Shown piece by piece: positions 18,100 to 28,800 of a DNA stretch of 41,081 nt. Origin of the DNA: Candidatus Altiarchaeota archaeon. Its GTDB lineage: Archaea; Altiarchaeota; Altiarchaeia; IMC4; SCGC-AAA252-I15. Positions within the stretch are counted from its first letter, which is position 1. Each line of letters begins with the position of its first letter. The notes beneath the pieces are model-generated. The model worked only from the letters and a program-made list of their open reading frames with translations. It was not told where the DNA came from and did not search any database. Location: the NCBI GenBank assembly GCA_043822165.1, contig JBDRCA010000012.1:1-41081 (forward strand), in the 5' to 3' direction. Made by a program: the position numbers and the translations under genes.

Positions 18100-20301
18100 A
18101 TGGTCAAACAAACCGTAAAGCCTCAGGAGCCAGGAGCACCTCAAATTCCCCGTCTTCTGGCTGATTCTGAAAGATTGGACAGGATCTATCCTTCCCGGCT
18201 TGGAGTGATTGTTCTTGACAACGACGGTGAAATAGTTGCAGTAAACAGTCGGGCAGCGGGATGGGGCAGGAAGGCAGGCGAACAATACTTGGATGATGAT
18301 CTCGTGGCTGAGGGCAGAGACAGGCTTATCGCACGTGCCAGGGAAGGTGTCATGGTTTCCGAGCAAGACTTGAGACATCACTCCCGCAGAAGGGGTGACG
18401 TAACCCAGGACCTGACTGTGTCGCCTGTATTCGACACGCAAAACCGCGGGCTTGCTGGCACACTGGTTATGATAACGGATACGACGTATGCTTCACGCTT
18501 AAGGGAAATAAGGGAAGACATAGCATCCGACAGGGATATTTCAAGCATCCTCGGGAAAATCGTACAATACGCTGCGGCATCCCTTATGGAGTCCGAGTCA
18601 AACCCACGGCTTAAAGCGGCATTGCGCTTGACAGACGGGGACAGCGTAGTGGGCTTGAAGCACTACGGCCCATGGACAGTCGAAGAAGTTAAATCCCTGT
18701 ATCTGATGGAAGCTAAAGAGCCCGGGAAATTCAGAGCCCTCGGACCAGTTGCCAGGAAAACCATGACTGACGGTTCCATCATAATACCTGATGTTACTCA
18801 AAGCACGCTAGTCTCGACGGAACGGGCTGCTGAAAGAGGAATAACCTCGCTTGCATCCTACAGGATAGGAAACATCGGAACACTCACAGTATACAACTTC
18901 GGGCAATACACTCACGAAGAACGCGACTTCCACGAGGCTCTAGCAAGAGAAGCATACCACGCCATACGCGAAACAAGAGAACACACTCACCTGTCCGAAG
19001 CTTTAGGGCGCCTTGAAGCCGACATGCTGGAGAGGGAAAACTTCACGTCAGCCTTAATCCACGACGTAAGAGGTCCCATAAACACGGTTATTGGATTTTT
19101 GGGCAAAGCAGAGGTTGATGTCGGCGTCAAACCCCCTGAAAACGTCCGGGCACAGGTAACTCAAGCCAAATCATCCGCAACCCGCGCCCTAGAACTCGTC
19201 GAAGCTACCGCACATGACATACGAAGCGGTAAAATGGGCCTGAATCTTGAGGAATGCAGTGTCGGAGATGATCTGGTTTCACCCACACTCGACTCCGTCT
19301 CAGCTCTTGCAAGAGAGAAAAGAATATCTTTCTCGCTCTCAATCCCAGATGATGTCCCCCATGTCAGGGCCGATAGGGTTAAAGTTTCCATGCAGGTTCT
19401 CGGGAACCTCGTCGGAAACGCTTTAAAATACACGCCTGAAAGGGAGACAATCGAAATCTCCGCCCAACAGAAGGGACTGAGTTTCGTGGAACTCTCAGTA
19501 AAAAATCCTGGCCCCTCAATACCTGTCGACAAGCAGGCCTCAATATTCGAGGCAGGAGTCCAAGTCGACGAGCAACGCGACCGAGCGCTCGCCGACGCCG
19601 GCACGGGACTGGGCGTAGGCCTTGGGCTTTCAACCGCGAAAAGAGTCGTTGAATCGCACGGCGGGCAGATACGGGTTCTAAGCGCTGAGAGCATCGGAAC
19701 CATCTTCAGCTTCACTCTGCCGGCTGTCGTCGAATACCCTGAAATCCAGCTTGCGCGCGTATTGGGGAAATTCATACCTCTCGTAGACGGAGTAAGCCAG
19801 AGACAAAAAGTGGAAATCAGCATCGAGGCAAGCAGGCAAGGAGACATGGTGCCTCTCATACCCATACGGCAAGCTTGCGCAGACATGGATGAAGCATACG
19901 CTCGGCTTGCCAGCGAATTCAAAGGAGAACACGAGATAAAAACAGACGAACTAATACTATCAAATACACTCCAAGTCGCGTTGGGCGCAACCATGATGGA
20001 TCCTGCGTTAGGCCTCCAAAAAAAGCCGGAAGGACACAGAAGAGTCTCATTGTCGCTTTCCTCTGATACAGAACACGAAATCATAACAGTTACCGGAAAC
20101 GGGGAATCTGCACTAGACGAGCAGACGAGAAACGAACTCAATATCGGAGTATACAAAGGCGAGGAACACGCTCAACTGTTCGATGCCATGAGGGGCATGC
20201 GCGGAGACCTAATCCCGATTAACGCTAAAATGCGGCTTGAGTTACCGCCTGAAGGCGGCAGCAGGTTCGTTATATCAATACCTAAAAAAGACTCCGGTTG
20301 A
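18100..20301 (+). CDS. Cytoplasmic sensor histidine kinase (PAS-like + GAF-like + HisKA + HATPase_c + about 190-aa extra C-terminal domain)
   Basis: 733-aa ORF with no TM helix. H-box FTSALIHDVRGPINTVIGF. N-box LGNLVGNALKYTP. G-boxes GTGLGVGLGLSTAKRVVESHGG and GTIFSFTLP. The tail ends ...LELPPEGGSRFVISIPKK, resembling a second, degenerate HATPase end. Confidence 0.85.
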   Translation: MVKQTVKPQEPGAPQIPRLLADSERLDRIYPSRLGVIVLDNDGEIVAVNSRAAGWGRKAGEQYLDDDLVAEGRDRLIARAREGVMVSEQDLRHHSRRRGDVTQDLTVSPVFDTQNRGLAGTLVMITDTTYASRLREIREDIASDRDISSILGKIVQYAAASLMESESNPRLKAALRLTDGDSVVGLKHYGPWTVEEVKSLYLMEAKEPGKFRALGPVARKTMTDGSIIIPDVTQSTLVSTERAAERGITSLASYRIGNIGTLTVYNFGQYTHEERDFHEALAREAYHAIRETREHTHLSEALGRLEADMLERENFTSALIHDVRGPINTVIGFLGKAEVDVGVKPPENVRAQVTQAKSSATRALELVEATAHDIRSGKMGLNLEECSVGDDLVSPTLDSVSALAREKRISFSLSIPDDVPHVRADRVKVSMQVLGNLVGNALKYTPERETIEISAQQKGLSFVELSVKNPGPSIPVDKQASIFEAGVQVDEQRDRALADAGTGLGVGLGLSTAKRVVESHGGQIRVLSAESIGTIFSFTLPAVVEYPEIQLARVLGKFIPLVDGVSQRQKVEISIEASRQGDMVPLIPIRQACADMDEAYARLASEFKGEHEIKTDELILSNTLQVALGATMMDPALGLQKKPEGHRRVSLSLSSDTEHEIITVTGNGESALDEQTRNELNIGVYKGEEHAQLFDAMRGMRGDLIPINAKMRLELPPEGGSRFVISIPKKDSG

Positions 20302-20311
20302 CTAGTGGGAT

Positions 20312-21409
20312 TCAGAGACTTTTGATGTCCCAGCTTTCTATGTCTTTGCTGTATATGGATGGCTCCCCGACTCGTCCAAGGGTCGTCTGGACCGCCCCTA
20401 GAATGTTCGGGGACTTAACGCCTGTTATGATTGCTATGACCTCGATTTTATCGTTTAACGCTGGGTTGACGCGGGCACCCCACGTAATCGTTGCCTGCGG
20501 GTCAAGCTGCTGAGTGATTTTCTCGCCAATCTCGTTTGCTTCGCCCAAAGTCATGTCGTTTCCGCCCGTGATGTGGATGAGCGCGCCCTTCGCGCCCTTG
20601 TAGTCTACCTCAAGAAGCGGGTGTTCGAGCGTGTTTTTCACGGCGCGTTCCACGCGGTCGGGTCCGTCGCCGTCTCCCACTGATATTACTGCGACTCGTC
20701 CGCCGCCCATGACAGACTTTATGTCTGCGAAATCAAGGTTGATGAGGCTTGCCTCCTTGATGGTCTCGGTAATCCCCTTGACGGCTCTTGCGACTACCTC
20801 GTCGGCGACGCTGAAAGCCTTGTCTAAGGGAAGATTAGGAACGTATTGAACGAGCTTGTTGTTGTCGATTACGATAACGGTGTCTGCGACGCGCCTTAGT
20901 CTGTCTATGCCGTCGCGCGCCTTATCAAGGCGGGCTCGCTCCAAGGCGAACGGGAATGTTACTACTCCCACGACTATGGCGCCCGCCTCCTTTGCTATCT
21001 CGGCGATAACGGGCGCGGAACCCGTACCAGTGCCGCCGCCCATTCCAGCGCACAAAAACAAAAGGTGAGTGTTAGCCAATACTTCAGCGAGTTCGTGGTG
21101 GCTTGACTCAGCAGCCTTCTCCCCAAGCTCCGGGAAGCCTCCGGCACCCAAGCCCCTCATAAGCTTTGCGCCGATGAGAATCTTGGTGATGTTTCCGGGA
21201 AGCTTTGACAAATCCTGTTTGTCTGTGTTGATTGCGATCATCTCCGCGCCTTCAACGCCTATGTGGCACAACCGATTAATAGTGTTGTTTCCCGCACCAC
21301 CTGTTCCACACACGACAATCTTTAAGTGCTCGGCTTCGGAGAATTCATCGTATAGGCGCTTTTCTAAAGTGCCATGCTGTATAGCCGCATTTACAATAGA
21401 ATCCATCAC
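20312..21409 (-). CDS. ftsZ: Cell division GTPase FtsZ
   Basis: 365-aa [16 protein letters not shown], the tubulin signature [20 protein letters not shown], and NLDFADI motifs. Confidence 0.95.
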   Translation of the reverse strand: MMDSIVNAAIQHGTLEKRLYDEFSEAEHLKIVVCGTGGAGNNTINRLCHIGVEGAEMIAINTDKQDLSKLPGNITKILIGAKLMRGLGAGGFPELGEKAAESSHHELAEVLANTHLLFLCAGMGGGTGTGSAPVIAEIAKEAGAIVVGVVTFPFALERARLDKARDGIDRLRRVADTVIVIDNNKLVQYVPNLPLDKAFSVADEVVARAVKGITETIKEASLINLDFADIKSVMGGGRVAVISVGDGDGPDRVERAVKNTLEHPLLEVDYKGAKGALIHITGGNDMTLGEANEIGEKITQQLDPQATITWGARVNPALNDKIEVIAIITGVKSPNILGAVQTTLGRVGEPSIYSKDIESWDIKSL

Positions 21410-21500
21410 ACTATAGTATTACCATAATTGATTATAAAAACAAAACGTATTTTCCGTTTTTTTGGGCTCATAGTTTCTCTTGGAATCTTATTCAACCGCT

Positions 21501-21508
21501 TTTATTAA
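21501..21508 (+). promoter_or_regulatory. TATA-box-like element for the SRP RNA gene
   Basis: TTTATTAA is centred about 27 nt upstream of the predicted SRP RNA 5' end (21532), the canonical archaeal TATA-to-start distance. Confidence 0.45.
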
Positions 21509-21531
21509 GAATTCTCCCCCAATATCTTCTT

Positions 21532-21808
21532 GGTGGACTAGGCTGGGGTGCTGGCCGTACCCTGTCACTCTAAACCGGCCTTACGAGAGAGTCGAAAGCC
21601 TGCGAGGCGAGCAATCCATTGGGTTTCTGGTCTGGGTTCCGACCGTGAGGTCTCGTCTCGCTGGATTGTCTGCTCGAGGAACCGGGTCAGGTCCGGGAGG
21701 AAGCAGCCCTAACTTAAGTGGATGATGCTGGCGAGGCCGCGGGATCGAGGAAGAGTCCAGGTTAAACCGGGAGCTTACTGGTTTGCTTCACACGCGGGCG
21801 CGTCCACC
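21532..21808 (+). ncRNA. Signal recognition particle RNA (archaeal 7S RNA)
   Basis: The 5' GGTGGAC pairs with the 3' GTCCACC. The 5' domain is GGCTGGGGTGCTGGCC. The helix-8 signature GGGTCAGGTCCGGGAGGAAGCAGCCCTAA matches the conserved GGUCAGGUCCGGAAGGAAGCAGCC motif. No credible ORF: track ORF 21480..21725 is a shadow. End coordinates are +/- 5 nt. Confidence 0.85.
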
Positions 21809-21913
21809 ACAACTGTCACGCCCAGTTGACATGCGAAGGCCATCTTCGGCGACTTCGTCGCCTCGATGACCTATACTGCATTTTTCTTCTCTTAGTCCCC
21901 TTTATTGTAGTTA

Positions 21914-22588
21914 ATGAGGTTGCGTAATAAGACGCCTGTGTTGGAGCCTGGGGTGCCTTCTAATCAGCGGCTTGCCGACGCCATCGGGGCGCTTACAGGG
22001 AAGCCGGGTGTTGTCCAGGAGCATATTCATCCCGCGGTTGCAGGCGAAGACGTTGATTCGATGCCTGAGGCGAATAAGGTATCCCGTTTCATGGATGACT
22101 GGTTCGGACACAACGAGGATTTAAGGTTTGCTCTTGAGCGTTCACCTCCGATGGAAGTGTTGGGTCTTCGGGCGGGCTTGATTATAGAGCTTGGTTCCCG
22201 CGTTGAGAAGGTTGCTGTTCCAAGCCAGCAACCAAAGCTTGATGATAAAAGCCTCAAGAAGGCTGTGGACGATTGTAGAGACGAGTTGTTGGGCGTAAAG
22301 AAGCCAGACGTAACCGAGTGGATGAAAAAGGAGATGCATTACCTGGTTCTTGTCAACCCCAGCCAGCACCAGGGGGACCGCTCCAGGAATCCTATGCTTG
22401 AGAGCTGTAACTTTCGGGTTATTAGGACTGACGGGCGCGGCCCCGATGACGGGGTCGTCGAGGATGTCTTCAAATGGAATGATTTAACGGTAGATACGTC
22501 TTCGGAGCCTGCGAAGCCTAAGTTCACGCTCGCAGGCGTCAGAAGGTCTACTCTCGCGGCTCTTGAGAAGAAGGCTGCTCAGTCCTAG
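21914..22588 (+). CDS. Hypothetical protein (224 aa), start uncertain
   Basis: ORF with charged, soluble composition and no recognised motif. Its stop overlaps the Sec61-beta stop (CTAG). Confidence 0.5.
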   Translation: MRLRNKTPVLEPGVPSNQRLADAIGALTGKPGVVQEHIHPAVAGEDVDSMPEANKVSRFMDDWFGHNEDLRFALERSPPMEVLGLRAGLIIELGSRVEKVAVPSQQPKLDDKSLKKAVDDCRDELLGVKKPDVTEWMKKEMHYLVLVNPSQHQGDRSRNPMLESCNFRVIRTDGRGPDDGVVEDVFKWNDLTVDTSSEPAKPKFTLAGVRRSTLAALEKKAAQS

Positions 22589-22749
22589 AAAAGTATTTTC
22601 GAAATTACTTCCAGTATTATGAATGTTACTGTTATTCCGACTACGAGTTTCGGGGATAGTTTAGGCCCTCCCTCGTCCACGTCGAAGTATCTTATTAGTC
22701 CGGCTCCTCCGGATAATCCGTCCGTCTTCCTTTTTCTAAGGGGCGGCAT
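22585..22749 (-). CDS. secG: Preprotein translocase subunit Sec61-beta (SecG), 54 aa; missing from the ORF track
   Basis: The reverse strand reads MPPLRKRKTDGLSGGAGLIRYFDVDEGGPKLSPKLVVGITVTFIILEVISKILF*. It has a basic N-terminus, the conserved SGAGLIRYFD.....K..P motif and a single C-terminal TM helix, as in archaeal Sec61-beta. Confidence 0.75.
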   Translation of the reverse strand: MPPLRKRKTDGLSGGAGLIRYFDVDEGGPKLSPKLVVGITVTFIILEVISKILF

Positions 22750-22787
22750 CGTAAAGATAATATAATTGAAGTAAACAATATTAAAGG

Positions 22788-25700
22788 ATGGATTCGTTTA
22801 AAAACGCGATTTCACTTGCCGTGTTGCTTCTACTGCTGCAATCCTCTGCCGCGGAAGAGCATTTCGAGCGTAATGCTTCTTCTTTCTGCAGGACGCCTCT
22901 CTTCCACGAGGAGGCGGTGCGTTCCGCCAGTCTTTTGTCTTACCGGTCGCTTTCAAGCCAGGAGTTATCTCGCATCGGGAAGATTGGTTTGGATGGGATG
23001 ATTGTGGAGGAAAACGTGGGGGATGTTCGCAGTTTCTATACCATTGACGCGGACGGTGGCGTGTATTACTGGAAGGACCTTGATGCTGTCTTAAGGAACA
23101 AGACTGACAACGTGTACGTGTATGTTGAGCTTACCGAGCCCGGTGGCAACGAGGTATGGTATGACGGCGCCAATAATGGTTACATCACTCAGGTGGATGT
23201 TAATCTGATTACTCAGGTGTTCGATCAGGCATTGACTGAAAACGACATCTATGGCATAGACCGGGCGGTGTTCGGCGGGGAGAGGCCTTACGGAGTAGAC
23301 AATGATTCTCACGTTACTCTTCTTTTGCTTGACATCGACGGCGACGAAGGCGACAATTACTCTGGCGGGGGATACACTGCGGGCTACTTTTATCTCATAA
23401 ACGAGTACGCCAACAACACGCCGGTTATGAGTTGTCCCTCCTTCGGGGACTGCCTTTACAGTAATCAGAGAAAGATGATTTTCATAGACACTTATCCGAC
23501 GATTGACTGGCGAACTGCGACGGTTCCATATGAGCCTGACCGCAACCACGGAAACGACGGATACGAGGGAGTCGACAAGTCCTACGGCATCATAGCCCAC
23601 GAGTTCGAGCACATGATTCACTGGTACCACGACGCAGACGAGTCGGTGTGGGTGGATGAGGGCTGCGCGGACTACGCGTATTACGTCAACGGGTTCGGCC
23701 ACCCCCAGGAGCACGTCAACGGATTCCAGAACTCGCCAGACACGCAGCTCACGGCCTGGTCCGGGACCATTGAAGACTACGGAGCATCATATCTTTGGAC
23801 GCTTTACTTGGCCGAGCATTACGGCGGAAACGCGACTATTACGGCGTTAGTAAACAATGCCGGGAACAATGTTTCCGGCGTGGACGCAACGCTTTCATCC
23901 AGGGGTTACTCCACATCTTTTGCGGCAGTCTTCCCGAAGTGGGTTGTCGCAAACTACGCAGACGACACGAATTTTGGCTCCGGGGAATACGGGTACAATG
24001 CAATCGACACGGTCATGAACCTTTCCGCGTCCAAGACATCCTACCCTGCGTCAGGAACAGGCTCGGTTAAGAATTACGCCGGAGAATACATAAAGTTTTC
24101 CAATGGAAACGGGTCGTCGCTTAACGTATCATTCAACGGGCAAGACGGCAAATCATTTAATGCATACGTCGTCGAGAAGACGAATTCGGGAGTCTCGGCA
24201 GTATCAGAGATAACCCTCGACTCCGGCAAAGCCGGTTCAACTCTTGCGACAGCATTCGGCGTAAACGGCAAAAACTCAACCCTCGTAATAGCGGGAGGAT
24301 CAAGCGCCGGCACATACTCATACGCGGCAGACTACGCTCCGGAAGTGGCGGTTCCGACGCCGTGGCTTCTCGTCGAGATGACTTACCCGACGGCAAGCCT
24401 GAATGTATCTGAGGAAGGCTCCTTTAACGTATCAGCTACCGTGACCTGCCGTGGCGCATACTGCGGAGACGTAAACGCAATCCTTGACCCCCAGGAGTAT
24501 TCTAATCCAAATCTTGGAACCTTAACGACGACCTCTGGTTTAGCTGCGACTACATCCGTACCCGGAACCACGAGTCTTCCGTCCACGACAAGCGTTGCCG
24601 GCGCGGGCACGATGACTGTTTCCGGGACTACCACTGTCCCTTCGACGACGACTCTCCCTGAAGAGGCGACGACTACTACCACGACTACGACTCAGTCCGC
24701 GACGACTACGACCACGCAGGCGGGGACGACCACTACTTCCTCCACGACAACCACGGTCTTAAAGTCTGGGGCAGTCCCCGAGGGTTCCGGCTCCCCGTTC
24801 TACACGCTTGACGCCAACCCAGCATATCCCGCGAATTTCCCATGCCTTGCAAGCATGACAGAAAACGATTCATGCAACGTAACCTGGGAAGTACAAGTCA
24901 ACGGCTCCGGCGGCCCATACATATTCTATGTTACAGCCAACAGCACGGAAGGCGCGCAAAACAACTCCAATACAGCAAACGTCACGATTCTACCGCCGAC
25001 ACCCGGTGCATTAACCGCTGAAATCACAGAACCCAACGCATCCATCCAGACACTCAAACACGCGCAATTCAACTTCACCGTAAGAGTAAACTGCACAGGC
25101 GGAGACTGCGGCGTCGTTACCGCAACCCTTGACCCAGAAAGCTCCGGCTCACCCTTCTACACCCCTGACGCGAACCCGCGACACGGAAACGCTCTCCCAT
25201 GTCTTGCGAACATGACCGGGAACTCAACGTGCAACGTAACATGGAGACTGAACGCGACAGGCACGGCAGGCTCAACGCACGTATTCTACGCAACCGTAAA
25301 CTCGACGCGCACGCAAAACCAGTCCTCGACGATAAACGTGACAATACTTGCTGCACCCTCTTCAACTGAAAACTTCACGGTTGACGCTAACGCTAGCCAG
25401 CCGGTACAGGTGAACTCGTCGGCGGCCAACGCCTCAATTACCTTATCCGTAAGCCAGAACGTATCAAATGAAACCCTCACCATTAACTCATACGATGAAA
25501 ACCCGGAGTTCACAGTCTTCAGTGAACCATCACTCGGAACATTCTACAGAATCGAGGCATCAAATGCTCTCGCAGGAAACCTGACCTACGCACTACTGAC
25601 GCTTCACTACTCTGAGGCTTGGGTCAACCAATCCAACCTGAACGAATCAACCCTTGCCATATACTGGCACAACGAAACCGGCTCCCTCTGGGAAAAAATT

Positions 25701-25874
25701 TCATCAGACATGGACTGGGTCCACGAGACCGGATTAAACGAGACTGGAGACTACGCTTGGGCTAATCTCACGCATTTCTCGACCTACGTCATAGGAGGCG
25801 AAAGCCTCTCAGTATCCCACACGGGAGAATTATACCTAGGATGGAATCTCATATCCCTCCCAGTTAGCATTTAA
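22788..25874 (+). CDS. Secreted, heavily sequon-decorated zinc metalloprotease (HEXXH...E gluzincin type) with Thr-rich linker and repeated beta-sandwich modules
   Basis: 1028-aa ORF. Signal peptide MDSFKNAISLAVLLLLLQSSAAEE. HEFEH at 23598-23612 with a downstream WVDEGCADY (third ligand Glu at 23658-23660). Thr-rich tract at 24522-24755. Two copies of the module C.GG.CG.V.A.LDP..SGSPFYT.DANP...C.....N..CNVTW. About 40 N-X-S/T sequons (hand count). Ends LGWNLISLPVSI. Confidence 0.75.
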   Translation: MDSFKNAISLAVLLLLLQSSAAEEHFERNASSFCRTPLFHEEAVRSASLLSYRSLSSQELSRIGKIGLDGMIVEENVGDVRSFYTIDADGGVYYWKDLDAVLRNKTDNVYVYVELTEPGGNEVWYDGANNGYITQVDVNLITQVFDQALTENDIYGIDRAVFGGERPYGVDNDSHVTLLLLDIDGDEGDNYSGGGYTAGYFYLINEYANNTPVMSCPSFGDCLYSNQRKMIFIDTYPTIDWRTATVPYEPDRNHGNDGYEGVDKSYGIIAHEFEHMIHWYHDADESVWVDEGCADYAYYVNGFGHPQEHVNGFQNSPDTQLTAWSGTIEDYGASYLWTLYLAEHYGGNATITALVNNAGNNVSGVDATLSSRGYSTSFAAVFPKWVVANYADDTNFGSGEYGYNAIDTVMNLSASKTSYPASGTGSVKNYAGEYIKFSNGNGSSLNVSFNGQDGKSFNAYVVEKTNSGVSAVSEITLDSGKAGSTLATAFGVNGKNSTLVIAGGSSAGTYSYAADYAPEVAVPTPWLLVEMTYPTASLNVSEEGSFNVSATVTCRGAYCGDVNAILDPQEYSNPNLGTLTTTSGLAATTSVPGTTSLPSTTSVAGAGTMTVSGTTTVPSTTTLPEEATTTTTTTTQSATTTTTQAGTTTTSSTTTTVLKSGAVPEGSGSPFYTLDANPAYPANFPCLASMTENDSCNVTWEVQVNGSGGPYIFYVTANSTEGAQNNSNTANVTILPPTPGALTAEITEPNASIQTLKHAQFNFTVRVNCTGGDCGVVTATLDPESSGSPFYTPDANPRHGNALPCLANMTGNSTCNVTWRLNATGTAGSTHVFYATVNSTRTQNQSSTINVTILAAPSSTENFTVDANASQPVQVNSSAANASITLSVSQNVSNETLTINSYDENPEFTVFSEPSLGTFYRIEASNALAGNLTYALLTLHYSEAWVNQSNLNESTLAIYWHNETGSLWEKISSDMDWVHETGLNETGDYAWANLTHFSTYVIGGESLSVSHTGELYLGWNLISLPVSI
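24522..24755 (+). repeat. Thr-rich (ACN-codon) low-complexity tract, mucin-like linker
   Basis: Encodes LTTTSGLAATTSVPGTTSLPSTTSVAGAGTMTVSGTTTVPSTTTLPEEATTTTTTTTQSATTTTTQAGTTTTSSTTTTV. Confidence 0.85.
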
Positions 25875-25897
25875 AATCCTCTTCTCAATTCTTTTAG

Positions 25898-28800
25898 ATG
25901 AAAGAAAAAACACGGTTCGCCGCCGCCCTAACACTACTACTCATACTACCCGCTATCTCCTGCGCCGCTCCCGCTCGGCCCGGATACGTTAATCTTACCC
26001 AACCAGACGGCTCCGTATTCACGGCAAGGCTTCGCGGAGACGAGTACGCCGCCTGGTACGAGACAAGTCAAGGATACAGCATAGTCCAGAACCAAAACAA
26101 CTGGTGGGTGATGGCAAGGGAACGAGACGGAAGACTCGTAGAAACATTTACTCGCGCAGACGCGAAAGCATCCCATCTCCTGTCAGACATACCCTTGCAC
26201 GCGCGCCCTGCAGGCTTAAGCCCGCCACCCGGCGGCCCATACAAAGGCCCGTCTCCGTCAGGCATAAGAGAATACGTGAACGGAACAGTCAAAGTGCTGG
26301 TGCTCCTCATAAACTTCACGGACAACCCGCGGGTTAACGCTTCCCGTTACGTCGGCCCATACTACAACGATCTTTTGTTCAACCACTCAAACAACATGAG
26401 CATGGCAACATACTACTGGGAGAACTCGTATGGAATATTCAATGTCACGGGCGGGGTCGGCGGACCAGACAAATGGTACACGAGCGCGCAGAGCATGGCC
26501 TACTACGGCGCCGACTGCTCGGGAGCGGGCTCCGACGACTGTTACGGTAGCACGACCTATGACATGATATGCGAGGCCGCGTCTCTTGCGAATCCTGACG
26601 TCGACTACTCGCAGTACGACTCTGACAGCGACGGATACGTCGACTACTTGATTACAGTGCACGCAGGCTGCGCCCAGGAGGATTCAGTGGACTGTGCGAT
26701 GGCAAACACCATCTGGTCTGTACGCTGGAGCATCGGCGCCCCCTGGGATCTTTGCGGCACCACATTCGACGGCAAAAAGATTAGAAGCGGCACAATACTG
26801 GCTGAGAGCTCTCCGATGGGGACTTTCGGGCACGAGGCAGGCCACGACTTCGGAGACCTCCCTGACCTGTACGACATTGATTATTCGAGCGAGGGCATCG
26901 GGAACTGGGGTATGATGAGCGGCGGAAGCTGGAATGGCCCTGGTAGTCAGGCGGGGGAGTTTCCTGCGCACTTTTGCGCGTGGAGCAAGTACTATATGGG
27001 CTGGGTTAATCCTACTCTCATATCTTCTCCGCTATTCGACGAGGAGTTGGAGGCTGTTGAGACTTACCCTGATTTCTACCAGATAATGATTCCGTTATCA
27101 GACACGCCTTCTCACCCGTCATCCGGCGGCCAGAAAGAATACTTTCTCGTCGAGAACAGGCAGCAGGTGGGCTTTGACGCCTACATTCCCGGCTCCGGAG
27201 TCCTCATCTGGCACGTCGACGATAATCAGGTGCGGATAGAGGACAACAGCTTCAACAAATACGACAGCGATCGGGGCGTGGACCTTGAGGAGGCAGACCA
27301 GGCAACCCAGGCAAATAACGGACTGGACGGAAGCTCATATTACGGCACTGGAGACCGCGGCGTTGCTGCGGATGCTTGGAAGGCAAACGACGCAGGGTTC
27401 ACGGATTCTACGACTCCTAACTCGAAGTCCAAGGCGGGAGCGGCGACATACATAAACATAACGAACATATCAGCATCTGGGCTCGTTATGACAGCGGACT
27501 TCCTCGGAAACGGCACGACAATACACGGTACTGTTCTTCTCTCAAGCGGAAACGTTTCTCCGCAGTCAGGGTTCACTGACGAGACGTTCAACTACACTGT
27601 CTCATATCGGAGCGGTAATGATTCTGTTCCGTCTTACGTAAACGTCAGCATTGACGGTTCATCGTATGCCATGAATGAGTCTGATCCGTCGGACGCAAGA
27701 TTCATTGACGGCAAGGATTATTACTACCAGACGTATCTGGGTGTTGGTGTGCACAATTTCAGTTTCACGGCTTCTGACGGAGTCAGCACTAATTCCACGG
27801 AAGTATATGATAGTCCGAATGTTACCGTCCGCCCGGGTTACGTTACAGCATCCCTCATCTACCCTAATGCTTCCGTGAACTTCACCCGAAATGACATATC
27901 AAACGTTACTGCCCAGGTCACATGCCTCGGCGGGGACTGCGGGAACGTTACTGCAACCATAAATTCGAGCTCTGGCATCATACCTGAGGATTCCGGCTCC
28001 CCGTTCTACACGGTTGATGCTAATCCCCGCTATCCCGCCAACCTGTCGTGTCTTGTGAACTTGACTGAAAACTCATCGTGCAACGTCACGTGGAACATCA
28101 ATTCGACTGGGGGGCACGACACCGTCCATGACCTGCAAGTGTTCTTTGAGACGGCATTCTTCTCGAACACGACGGAGCAGGTAAGCGTTAGGATATATTC
28201 TCTGACGCCTTTCATCTCCAATCCACATCCATCCAACAACACGTTGTTCGGCCCCTACACGGCATCATTTTACCTTAACGTAACAACTCATGTGACGTCA
28301 GTGTGCCGGCTCTCAAACACGAGCGGGATACCATACGACAACATGACTTCGTCTTTCAACCAGACGAATTCGACGTCGCATTCAACGACGATAACCGGTC
28401 TTTCGAACAATCAGACGCTTAACCTTTACCTTAAGTGCCGCAGCACGCAGGGTTACGCAAACTCGGTCGACTATCCCCTTGAATACAGGGTTGCTGCCCC
28501 CGTTGTTGTCTTGAACGAGGTGAACGCGTACTCTGACTGGATTGAGTTGTTCAACAGGGGCGAGACCAGTGTTAATCTTTCGTCGTGGATTATCGAGCAC
28601 GTGTGGGGCGCAAACTCCGTTAACGTCACGTTAAACGAGACCATAACCACGTATATTGTCGCCTCAATAGCATTAAACGACATTGTAGGTCAAGTCCGGC
28701 TCTTTGACCGGGACGGCAACCTCGTAGACAACGTATCATACGTCAACCTCACAGACAACGTATCCTACGGCCGGCAAAGAGACGGGGAGACCCCATGGGT

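Noticed and set aside
18067-18441. 124-aa minus-strand ORF at the start of the histidine kinase gene.
   Set aside because: It is antisense to the PAS-like N-terminus of a well-supported 733-aa kinase ORF and has no motifs.
21480-21725. 81-aa ORF overlapping the SRP RNA region.
   Set aside because: The region carries the conserved SRP RNA helix-8 motif and complementary 5'/3' ends. The ORF translation is Gly/Ser/Pro/Arg-rich noise.
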